From a virus, in the IMG/VR virus record IMGVR_UViG_3300038856_000064, positions 1 to 64,000 of that record: a stretch of DNA of 64,000 nucleotides; one strand, written 5' to 3'. The position numbers and the translations under genes are program-made. Each line of letters begins with the position of its first letter. Position 1 is the stretch's first letter. The notes under the pieces were generated by a model. The model was not told the DNA's origin. It worked only from the letters and a program-made list of their open reading frames with translations, and did not search any database. Of the stretch, positions 54,919 through 63,482 are shown piece after piece.

Positions 54919-54921
54919 TAA

Positions 54922-55410
54922 TCATTTACCAGTTGACCCGAATCCACCAGCGCCACGTTTAGTTTCTTTGGTGTCTGGGTATTCATAACTTACTCGCTCT
55001 TTTAAATCATAGATCTTTACAAAACGAGCCTGACCAATTCTGTCTCCAGCCTTAATTTCATACGGCTTACCGCTATGGTTGTATAGCAAAACCCTTAATA
55101 GTCCGCGATAATCAAAATCAATCTCTCCAGCCTCGACAGTAACCCCATTCTTATTTGCTAGGCCAGAGCGTGACCTAAAAACTATTGCATGCTTCTTAGG
55201 GATTGTAACAGCAACTAGGGTATTAATGAGGGCACTACCCACCCCAAGTATGGGATGGACTGCTGGAACAGTAACATCCACTGGAGAGATAAGGTCATAG
55301 GCCATCGAGTGCTTCGTGGCACGCCTTGGGACGAGGTCATCTCGCCCCTCTGGAACATGCCAAGTCACGAGGGGCTTGCGCCTAAATAAGGACATCCCTC
55401 TCCTCTTCAA
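54922..55410 (-). CDS. dut: trimeric dUTPase
   Basis: AYDL, RSGLA, GEID.DYRG, GDRIGQ, RGAGGFGSTG. Confidence 0.95.
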   Translation of the reverse strand: MKRRGMSLFRRKPLVTWHVPEGRDDLVPRRATKHSMAYDLISPVDVTVPAVHPILGVGSALINTLVAVTIPKKHAIVFRSRSGLANKNGVTVEAGEIDFDYRGLLRVLLYNHSGKPYEIKAGDRIGQARFVKIYDLKERVSYEYPDTKETKRGAGGFGSTGK

Positions 55411-55870
55411 AGCCCAGCATGCGCGTCAGAGATTCTCTAATAAAATGAGCAAAAATCCCCATTTCCTCTTGACTGAAGAATATATTGACCCGTTTTGTTT
55501 GTCCCTCTGCCGTGCGACTTAATTTAACGGCAAAGTTGGGCTTTCCATTATATTCAGATGCAACAATTTCAAAAACACTTGTGCGACCACTCTCCTGCTG
55601 GCTATGAAGACACTTAACTTCTTTTTCTCTGCCACTAAATAGTGGCAACATCTTGCCAATATCAGCTACGCCAATCTTAAAGACGATCTTTCCCTCCCAA
55701 TCGAACTGATCCTTAGATCCGATCTCTAGCTTTGGCCCCTTTTGTGATGCCGCCTCTAGAAAAACAGCATGTTTATATGAATCGTAGGAAAACTGAAATG
55801 CCGCACCAGCGTCATCCTTTTTTAATGGCTTATAAACATTCCAGAATGGTTTGCGCTTACGCTCACTCAT
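55382..55870 (-). CDS. Whirly/PC4-like ssDNA-binding protein
   Basis: YK..GAA.QF..LE.A..FDWEGKIVFKIGVADIG resembles Whirly YDW..K..F.LS..EIG. Confidence 0.6.
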   Translation of the reverse strand: MSERKRKPFWNVYKPLKKDDAGAAFQFSYDSYKHAVFLEAASQKGPKLEIGSKDQFDWEGKIVFKIGVADIGKMLPLFSGREKEVKCLHSQQESGRTSVFEIVASEYNGKPNFAVKLSRTAEGQTKRVNIFFSQEEMGIFAHFIRESLTRMLGFEEERDVLI

Positions 55871-56724
55871 GACTTCTTCTTGCCTCTCTTAAGTTTCTTC
55901 TTGCGTTCGTGTAATAGACGTAGTGCCTTTCGAGCTTCGCCTGTAGTGAGTTCGGTTACAGAAAAGATCTCTCGTACCGTTATTTGCTCTAGCAAATCCT
56001 TAAGTGTAGTATCAAGCTCACCTAGTAACTTTTCAATAAGTTTAACTTGCTCGGGTTTAACGACACCATCGTCATCAGGCGTAAGCTCTTCTCCAGCATC
56101 TTTGTCAACTAACTCTTCTGCTGCATGCTCAGTAATGCCCAAAACCTTTCGCAAACATCTAGCTTCTGCCCTAGCAGAGGCTACTGCTGTTGGGAATAGC
56201 CCTAGCTCCTCACAATTAGAAAAGAAAGCATCTGCCGAATCGGAAAAGGTCCGACCATCCCTAAGGGTAATGCTAAAGGTCACGGATGCCATTGGGAAGT
56301 TGTGTGTGCCGACCTCTTCGTGTCGAGACATGACGTCGCCCTCACCATTAGTATTCTCTAGCACTCGAACGCGCTCTCTTGGCACAATGATTAGTGCGTT
56401 GACCTTGCTTTTTTCTGTGAGGATGAACGGCTTTGCAAGTCGGCGTAGACCATGTAGACGTGGGGCAGGCCCCTTTGGTGAGTTAAATACCTCGCCCTCT
56501 CGTAATTTTGACATCCAATCTTCGACATCTAGATCAACCTCGACCCCCTCATCTTCCGGAGCGCTTTCATCTTTATCAGGCTCAGGTCCTGGAGTTGGCT
56601 CGGGACTAGGGGTCTCATCTACGAAATTAAGCGGCAAACCTGCTTCTGCTGCTAGTTGTTCTGCATCTATAGTTTTTGCTTGATCACTAATTTTGTTCAA
56701 GATACCAGACCGATGGTTCACCAT
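55867..56724 (-). CDS. Rad52/Sak-like single-strand annealing protein
   Basis: ASVTF..G..F..ADA..A.ARAEARCLRKVLGI..EE. Confidence 0.65.
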   Translation of the reverse strand: MVNHRSGILNKISDQAKTIDAEQLAAEAGLPLNFVDETPSPEPTPGPEPDKDESAPEDEGVEVDLDVEDWMSKLREGEVFNSPKGPAPRLHGLRRLAKPFILTEKSKVNALIIVPRERVRVLENTNGEGDVMSRHEEVGTHNFPMASVTFSITLRDGRTFSDSADAFFSNCEELGLFPTAVASARAEARCLRKVLGITEHAAEELVDKDAGEELTPDDDGVVKPEQVKLIEKLLGELDTTLKDLLEQITVREIFSVTELTTGEARKALRLLHERKKKLKRGKKKS

Positions 56725-57451
56725 ATTCTTTTATCTCCTTAATCGCCTGTTCAATTCGATCAACTCTTAACTGACTAAGTGGACCGTTATTATCTTGGAT
56801 ACGCAATACGCTATATCCTATAGAGTTAATCATATCGTCTTTACGCGCATCACGCTCTTTTTGTTGAGCTAGATGTTCTTCTCCATAAATTGGCAGAAAA
56901 TGAGTAGGTCCGTCTACCTCAATAGCAATAAGCTCTTTTGGAAGTGCCAAATCTGTCTCGAAATCCTTACCACCTGTATAGTTTGTGGAACGTTCCTCAA
57001 CTAGATAACTACGCTTGCGTAGTTCTTCAGCAATGAAACGCTCTAAACGAGAGCCGTTACCTTGTGCTTCGCGCGACTTAGCCGATAATGTTTCCATCAT
57101 AGACCTACGATCTTGGTCGGACATACCAGCCCATTTACGTTGCCACGCTGCACCGATCTTACGCTTGACCTCAGTGCGCTCCTCATCAGTAAGACCATCC
57201 CAGAATTCACCTAGACTAGAAGAGATTCTCTTCCTTGTCTCGTCAGAATGCTTATGCCCCTTCATCTGATGATCATTTTCTTTGAGAAAATTCTTTTGGG
57301 CCTCACCTTTAGAGCGAGCAAATATGCCATTCTTTTTCATGAAGCGAGACAGTGTTGCTAGCGGAACTCCAACTTTTTTAGCTACGCCACGCATACTCAT
57401 CCCCTGATCTAGATAAAGTTCTCGAACTACCTGTATGTTTATCTCTACCAT
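56687..57451 (-). CDS. HTH + NUMOD3 + Vsr/DUF559-like endonuclease (free-standing homing endonuclease)
   Basis: GHKHSDETRKRIS; D..IAIEVDG..H..D..KD..GY.VLRI. Confidence 0.8.
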   Translation of the reverse strand: MVEINIQVVRELYLDQGMSMRGVAKKVGVPLATLSRFMKKNGIFARSKGEAQKNFLKENDHQMKGHKHSDETRKRISSSLGEFWDGLTDEERTEVKRKIGAAWQRKWAGMSDQDRRSMMETLSAKSREAQGNGSRLERFIAEELRKRSYLVEERSTNYTGGKDFETDLALPKELIAIEVDGPTHFLPIYGEEHLAQQKERDARKDDMINSIGYSVLRIQDNNGPLSQLRVDRIEQAIKEIKEYGEPSVWYLEQN

Positions 57452-58143
57452 CAGGGCCTCAACATGTCGCTGTCATATTCTGGTGCTAATCTCTTAATTT
57501 CATCCACGATATCTTTTGCAGATCCGCCAAAAGAGCGCTGTAGTTGAAAAACCCCATGGGGGATCATTTTGCGAAACTCACTGACACGAGCTAGGGGGAC
57601 TCGGTATCCCTTTTTTGTTTTATTGGGGTCTAGACCTTCCGCAACTAACTGTCGCAAACGATCTTCCTTATTCTTTCTTTGGGCCTCTGCACGTCGTTCG
57701 GCAAGCTTTAGGTCAGACTCCTCAACAGTAGGCTCTTGAGGCTTTAATGCCTCTTGTTGCTCATCTAGACGAGCCTGAGCCTGGGTCTGATCAACCCTTC
57801 TTTGTACTTCGTCTTCCTCACGAGTCTCGGCGGCAGCATCGTCTAATTCTTTGATAATGCCACTATTTACTACATTGCGAGCATCTTCAACTGAGTTAAT
57901 TGCAAACGCCTTTAGTATACGGCGCACCTCTTCAGTGCCTACGTCGAAACGGGTTGATAAGAAGTGCACATCTGGGATATCACAATACATCCTAATTAAT
58001 GCCATTGCCCTCTTGGGAGACAGCTTTTGGGAAGCTGTCAACAACTTATTGCGCAATGCATCAGCTTTGCCACGATTCCATGCATCAATCTCGCCCTGCT
58101 TAATTGGTGGAACGTCCTCATTATTTAATCGCTTATCGTTCAT
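57451..58143 (-). CDS. hypothetical protein
   Basis: AGGAGG SD. Confidence 0.8.
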   Translation of the reverse strand: MNDKRLNNEDVPPIKQGEIDAWNRGKADALRNKLLTASQKLSPKRAMALIRMYCDIPDVHFLSTRFDVGTEEVRRILKAFAINSVEDARNVVNSGIIKELDDAAAETREEDEVQRRVDQTQAQARLDEQQEALKPQEPTVEESDLKLAERRAEAQRKNKEDRLRQLVAEGLDPNKTKKGYRVPLARVSEFRKMIPHGVFQLQRSFGGSAKDIVDEIKRLAPEYDSDMLRP

Positions 58144-58168
58144 ACATACCTCCTACTTTATTATGTGT

Positions 58169-59263
58169 CTATATAGTAGATTCGTCCTTCTTTTTTACCC
58201 TATCTACCACGCCTTTTCGCAAACAATCCCTATAAATCATACTATAGACTAAGTCATCAAAAGAGTATGTTGGCTTCCAACCCAACTCATTATGTGCCAT
58301 ACTAGCATCTCCAATAAGTACGTCAACTTCTGATGGTCGAACAAATTCCGGATTAATTTTTACATACTTACTCCAGTCATCAATGCCAACATAACCAAAG
58401 GCAATATTTAAGAAATCCCTAATGCGGTGTGTTTCCCCCATTGCTATTACATAGTCTTTGGGTTTATCTTTCTGAAGCATTAACCATGCGGCTCGCATAT
58501 AATCCTCAGCATTTCCCCAATCACGATAAGCATCTAGATTACCTAACTCAATATGACTCTGTTCGCCAGTTAAAATCCTAGCAATTCCGTCAGTTATCTT
58601 GCGTGTTACGAATTCGATTCCGCGATAGGGTGATTCGTGATTGAATAATATCCCCGCCACTGCAAACATACCATATGCCTCGCGATAATTACGCACTAGC
58701 GCATAGGCTGTTAGTTTTGCTACACCATAGGGCGATCTAGGAATCATTGGGGAGTTCTCATTTAAGACGTGTTCAAATATAACCCCATCCTCTGGCTTAT
58801 CCTTACCGAAGATCGCACTATTGCCAAACTGTTCGGAACTTCCCGCCTGATAAAACTTACATTCCGGTGCGAACTGTCTGACTGCTTCTAGACAAACAGC
58901 AGCACCATTGCCAGTGATCTCCAATGTTGAGAGTGGAGATTTGAACGAGTGCCATACTTGAGATTGAGCAGCTAGATTATAAAACTCGGTGGGCTTGTAA
59001 GCTGCCACAATACGCGCAATAGATGAGAGGTCTGTAATGTCACCAGATTCTATGATAAGTTTGGCATCCTTGCAGTATTGCTCATAGTTTGGAATGTCTG
59101 TTAGGCGCCAACCAGTCGAGGAACTCGTCCTACGCTGAATACCAACTACTCTATAACCTTTTTCTAGTAGCAATTTGGCAAGATAAAATCCATCCTGTCC
59201 GTAGATTCCCGTGATCACAGCCGTATGCATTTGATTCTCTTTATCCATTTGTATATGCCTCAC
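58169..59263 (-). CDS. gmd: GDP-mannose 4,6-dehydratase
   Basis: ITG..GQDG.YL, YNLAAQS, SPYGVAK, FNHESP.RG, FVTRKI, RDWG. Confidence 0.96.
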   Translation of the reverse strand: MRHIQMDKENQMHTAVITGIYGQDGFYLAKLLLEKGYRVVGIQRRTSSSTGWRLTDIPNYEQYCKDAKLIIESGDITDLSSIARIVAAYKPTEFYNLAAQSQVWHSFKSPLSTLEITGNGAAVCLEAVRQFAPECKFYQAGSSEQFGNSAIFGKDKPEDGVIFEHVLNENSPMIPRSPYGVAKLTAYALVRNYREAYGMFAVAGILFNHESPYRGIEFVTRKITDGIARILTGEQSHIELGNLDAYRDWGNAEDYMRAAWLMLQKDKPKDYVIAMGETHRIRDFLNIAFGYVGIDDWSKYVKINPEFVRPSEVDVLIGDASMAHNELGWKPTYSFDDLVYSMIYRDCLRKGVVDRVKKKDESTI

Positions 59264-59362
59264 TTAGGTCTGCGACCCATTGCATAAATACTGTCTCCAT
59301 TACTGGCCTCTCCTTGAGTGACGACGGTAGATCTGCCTACACCTGAACTTCGTATCCTTGCT

Positions 59363-59713
59363 TCATAGTGTCACCGTGCATTGTGACCAGGGCGGCACGT
59401 CTCTCTCAGTTGTGGTAAAAACAAGAGCCTCCTGATTGTTAGCTAGACTAAATCGACTGCCGTGTTCATCTATTCTGATTTCGTGCACAGTCCAATAACG
59501 CGCCTCGCTTGCACTGAGGCATTCATCGATAACGAATTCTCGCAATTGTTCTAGCTCGATGTTTTTGACAACCCAAGTGGCATCACCATCACCCCCAGCG
59601 AAACATACCTCGCTGAGTAACCAACCCACTAGGCTTTTGATGTGAGCCTTGAAGGTCCATGGCATCTGTTTTAGCGGTTCGCGAATCATAGTACTCCATT
59701 CTCCTGTGCCCAT
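59363..59713 (-). CDS. hypothetical protein inserted between fcl-like gene and gmd
   Basis: ORF. Confidence 0.65.
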   Translation of the reverse strand: MGTGEWSTMIREPLKQMPWTFKAHIKSLVGWLLSEVCFAGGDGDATWVVKNIELEQLREFVIDECLSASEARYWTVHEIRIDEHGSRFSLANNQEALVFTTTERDVPPWSQCTVTL

Positions 59714-60687
59714 TTATAGGTATTGATTAGTGTTGATCTAAAATTAGACTTTGCCTCAAAGCCGAATCGTTCTTTTGCTCTTGATACATCTAGTTGTCTT
59801 CTCGGTTGCCCATTAGGTTTACTTGTGTCCCAGCGTATCTCTCCCTCATAACCGACGACATCTTTGATTGTGTGGGCCAAATCTCTAATCGTTATTTCTT
59901 TTCCTGTTCCGATGTTTACTGGATCAGGATTATCATAATGGAGAGTAGCTTGAAGAATTGCCTCGGCACAATCACCTACATACAAGAACTCTCTTGAGGC
60001 AGAGCCATCACCCCACAAAGTTACGAACGGGTCACCGGCAAGCTTGGCTCGATGAAACTTTTTAAGCATTGCTGGAATAACATGACTACTATCGTCATCA
60101 AAATTATCATGCTCACCAAAAAGATTTACTGGAATAAGAAAGATGCCGTTAAAGCCATACTGTGCCCTGTATGCCTTAAGCATCTCTAGTTGTACACGTT
60201 TAGCAATACCATATGGGGCATTAGTTTCTTCGGGGTAACCATTAAACAGATCTTTTTCCCTAAACGGCACTGGTGTATTTCGAGGATAACTACATACTGT
60301 GCCGATTCCCACAAATTTCTTAATGGGATGATGGCGCCGATAAGACCCATCGGGATGACAGGATCTAACTAAGCTGACCGTTTCATGGCGACAAGATTCA
60401 ATTAAGTTGGTCGTCATCATTAAGTTGTCATATAGGAACTCCCCAGGCTTTTCGCGATTGACACCGATACCCCCGCATTTAGCAGCTAGATGAATGACCA
60501 TGTCTGGATTATTACATGCCATATATTCGGCAATACTATGTTTATCTAGTAAGTCCAACTCGTTATGTGTTGGGGTCATAATATCCATATCTACGACCCT
60601 CCAATAAGACTTACTATATCGGTCAAGCGCTTTTACGACATGATGCCCCAGAAAACCATGACTGCCAGTTATTAGAATTTTAGTCAT
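59686..60687 (-). CDS. fcl: GDP-L-fucose synthase family epimerase/reductase (Fcl or ColC)
   Basis: TG..GFLG, AA.CGGI, C.YP, YGIAK, SHVIPA, WGDG...REF. Confidence 0.9.
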   Translation of the reverse strand: MTKILITGSHGFLGHHVVKALDRYSKSYWRVVDMDIMTPTHNELDLLDKHSIAEYMACNNPDMVIHLAAKCGGIGVNREKPGEFLYDNLMMTTNLIESCRHETVSLVRSCHPDGSYRRHHPIKKFVGIGTVCSYPRNTPVPFREKDLFNGYPEETNAPYGIAKRVQLEMLKAYRAQYGFNGIFLIPVNLFGEHDNFDDDSSHVIPAMLKKFHRAKLAGDPFVTLWGDGSASREFLYVGDCAEAILQATLHYDNPDPVNIGTGKEITIRDLAHTIKDVVGYEGEIRWDTSKPNGQPRRQLDVSRAKERFGFEAKSNFRSTLINTYKWAQENGVL

Positions 60688-61879
60688 TGCTCCCCTCTGT
60701 TCTATTAACCTCTAAGCGTATCGCTTCATCAATAATACTACCCATTTCCTCCATATCTTCCTGAGATAATTCCGGGTGAACCCCTACGTAGAACCCCTGC
60801 TTATTGAGGTAGTTAGCATTTGGAAACTCTTTAGCTAAATCGCTATTGAAGTATTTCTGTACCACTGGCTGGTTAGTAATTGGCATCAACCTACGTATTT
60901 CTATGCCGTGATCATTTAGGTAACGGATTACATTATTTGCATCTAGAAAATCAGAGAGTATTATGGGATACATCATGTATGAATGCTTTTGTCCATATGG
61001 CAACCACACTTTTTTAGGAGACCAGTGCGCCAAAATATCATCTAGGACTGCCGCGTTTCTTCGCCGCGCTTCATATAGCTCATCCCTGCGCTCGATCTGG
61101 GCCTTCACGATTGCCGCGCTGACGTCGTTCCACTTCATCGAATGTCCCCAGGTGTCAAAATGGAACTTATCTGCTATCCGGTGGATATCCTCGTTGCCAA
61201 ACCTAGAGCTTCTGCCGTGATTAACCAACTTCCAACAATACTCATCTAGTTGAGAATCATCAGTCATAATTAATCCGCCGCCGCCGCCCGAGATGAGGTG
61301 ATTACTAAAGAATGACGTGGTTAAAATATGCCCATGACCGACCCCCTTGACAAAGGTGGCCTCGCATGCGTCCTCAACAACCCAGCAATTAAAAATTCTA
61401 CAGGTCTCAAAGATAAGTTGCGAGCACGCCTGTCCATAAAGGTGGGCGGGAACGACTATATCTACCGGATCCCCAATATCCCTTTGTTCTTGTAGGACTT
61501 TTTGTAGGGCAAGGTCTGACATATTACCAGTTGATCTATCAACGTCAACTAGAACAATGTCACAACCTGCAAGGATAGCTGCCGCCAGTGTTGAGATATA
61601 GGTGCAGGCTGGCACAGCCACTAGTGGTTTCTCGTCATCCCTTCTATTTAGACGAGTCTCTACGATGGCCTGAATTGCTAGATGGATTGCACTTTGACCT
61701 GAGTTAAGAGCTAGACCATGCTTAAATCCATGAAGCTTGGCACAGGTTTCTTCTACCTCTTTTACTACCTTGCCAGGACTGATGTAATTATCATCTAGAA
61801 CCTGGGCAACATATTGTTTCTCAAGATCGCCAATGGACGAGCTTCCTAGAGTTAGCCTCTTCATATTTTCCCATACCAC
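60680..61879 (-). CDS. PLP-dependent DegT family enzyme with His replacing catalytic Lys (ColD-type 3-dehydratase)
   Basis: NSG.SA, EDACEA, SFFSNHLISGGGGG. Confidence 0.8.
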   Translation of the reverse strand: MVWENMKRLTLGSSSIGDLEKQYVAQVLDDNYISPGKVVKEVEETCAKLHGFKHGLALNSGQSAIHLAIQAIVETRLNRRDDEKPLVAVPACTYISTLAAAILAGCDIVLVDVDRSTGNMSDLALQKVLQEQRDIGDPVDIVVPAHLYGQACSQLIFETCRIFNCWVVEDACEATFVKGVGHGHILTTSFFSNHLISGGGGGLIMTDDSQLDEYCWKLVNHGRSSRFGNEDIHRIADKFHFDTWGHSMKWNDVSAAIVKAQIERRDELYEARRRNAAVLDDILAHWSPKKVWLPYGQKHSYMMYPIILSDFLDANNVIRYLNDHGIEIRRLMPITNQPVVQKYFNSDLAKEFPNANYLNKQGFYVGVHPELSQEDMEEMGSIIDEAIRLEVNRTEGSND

Positions 61880-62247
61880 TGCATAAAGATATCGTCATCC
61901 GCCACAAGTATAAGGTCATAAATCTTCTTACTCTCGTCGTCGGAATAAAGGTAGTTATACGAATTTCTTACTTTGTCGCGTAAAATTCCAGCAGCTTTTT
62001 GCTTTATCTTCTTAGCCTTCCTAAGCCATTTTCTATTATCAATGACCTCACTATAGAGACCATGACCGCCTTCTTTTAAAAGCTGTTTTTTACTATACTT
62101 GCTGTAGTCTTTATATGGTCCAAATAAATTATCGATCCTGTCATTCAGGTCTAGAATTAGTGAATGCAACAATGAATATTTATCTAGTGGATCCGGATTA
62201 TAATCAACGAACTCTTTAAAATCTTGTATAAACTTATCGTGTTTCAT
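61861..62247 (-). CDS. hypothetical protein
   Basis: ORF. Confidence 0.7.
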   Translation of the reverse strand: MKHDKFIQDFKEFVDYNPDPLDKYSLLHSLILDLNDRIDNLFGPYKDYSKYSKKQLLKEGGHGLYSEVIDNRKWLRKAKKIKQKAAGILRDKVRNSYNYLYSDDESKKIYDLILVADDDIFMQWYGKI

Positions 62248-62668
62248 TGCAGTCCTCGCATTTCTTACGATTCATAAAATCAACATACCAACCTTGACCG
62301 TTGCACGTTTTACACACCTGATTATGCTCCAACTCTTTATTTATTTTTCGTAATAATGTTGCAAAGATACAACTTACAATATTTTTATAATCTATAAACT
62401 TACCTTCGTCAAATTCAATATCACAGCTAGCCCCGAACTTTTTATCATTAACATAAGTCCAGGCGAAGCCACCAACCCGTTTATATTTATACAGACACCG
62501 ATCAAAATGAATTTCTATATCCAAAGATATTGTTTTGTCTCCGTAATCAATGATAAGCGGATTACTATATCTTGCAACTTCAAAATTGAAGGCATCTTCT
62601 TGCTCTTGTAAGAATTCAGATAACGAGATCGACCTCATGTCTTGAACCACCCGGCTTCCTCGTCCCAA
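62234..62668 (-). CDS. hypothetical protein with C-terminal CxxCxGxG zinc finger
   Basis: CKTCNGQG..CEDC. Confidence 0.7.
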   Translation of the reverse strand: MGRGSRVVQDMRSISLSEFLQEQEDAFNFEVARYSNPLIIDYGDKTISLDIEIHFDRCLYKYKRVGGFAWTYVNDKKFGASCDIEFDEGKFIDYKNIVSCIFATLLRKINKELEHNQVCKTCNGQGWYVDFMNRKKCEDCNETR

Positions 62669-62868
62669 AATACTTCTTGAGTCTTTTCATAATTTTTAGA
62701 ACTCCAGAAGGACCCATGACAGACAGCCTCATACCACCTATCTTTGTTCCTGTCGTGAACTATCCATCCTTTTTCGCCATTGATTATTGCCTCGCCATAC
62801 GCCGTATTTGTATTGACGCTTACGGTAAAGCCACAAAATGTAGGTGTATTATTCAGCGAATCACCCAT
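62635..62868 (-). CDS. hypothetical protein
   Basis: GAGG SD. Confidence 0.65.
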   Translation of the reverse strand: MGDSLNNTPTFCGFTVSVNTNTAYGEAIINGEKGWIVHDRNKDRWYEAVCHGSFWSSKNYEKTQEVFWDEEAGWFKT

Positions 62869-62871
62869 TAT

Positions 62872-63228
62872 TTACCTCGCTTTATAATCCTTTAAGTTCG
62901 GTTCGCGAACCAATTCCTCATTTCCCTCTTTCACAGCCTTGGCAAAAATTTCACCTAGACCAGCAACAAGACGTGGGCGTATAACCCCATTGAGATAATC
63001 TATCTTCCTCTTGATCGCTCCGACTTGAGCATCATCAAAATTTGGATTACGCACTTGATCTTCTAGTTGCCATAGTTTTACATGTACAATGGCAAGTCTT
63101 TCAATAGCATAAGTAAGAGTTACTGGAGGATTAAAAGTACAATCAGACTCAACTAGATGACGAAATTCATCAGTGCGCATGTAGTCGTGGATAAAACTAT
63201 CTAAGTTTTTCATTCTATCATCTCCCAT
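62872..63228 (-). CDS. DUF4254-like helical protein
   Basis: IERL.I..KLWQLEDQVR..KRKID.LN..R. Confidence 0.65.
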   Translation of the reverse strand: MGDDRMKNLDSFIHDYMRTDEFRHLVESDCTFNPPVTLTYAIERLAIVHVKLWQLEDQVRNPNFDDAQVGAIKRKIDYLNGVIRPRLVAGLGEIFAKAVKEGNEELVREPNLKDYKAR

Positions 63229-63482
63229 CCTTCTTCAATCAAGTCCGTTATTGCATACTGCGGAATCCAATATCCCACTAATTTCATTTCTAATAGCTTT
63301 ATGGCACATTCTATAGGATGTGAGAATAAAAAAGACTGACCATCATACGGTAATCCGATCTCGACTATGGTGCCATCATCCTGATATCTTTTCGCGGCTA
63401 GCTCTAGAACCCACCCGTCATCAGATTCATAAACATATGCATCACATTGAAAATTATTCGTGCTCCATCGACAATAAGACAT
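63210..63482 (-). CDS. hypothetical phage protein (MSYCRWS)
   Basis: coupled ORF. Confidence 0.7.
   Translation of the reverse strand: MSYCRWSTNNFQCDAYVYESDDGWVLELAAKRYQDDGTIVEIGLPYDGQSFLFSHPIECAIKLLEMKLVGYWIPQYAITDLIEEGWEMIE

Noticed and set aside
55880-56683. 267-aa plus-strand ORF and other antisense ORFs (e.g. 37099..37749, 22668..23150, 10617..11024)
   Set aside because: Antisense shadows of well-supported genes, with no motifs or RBS
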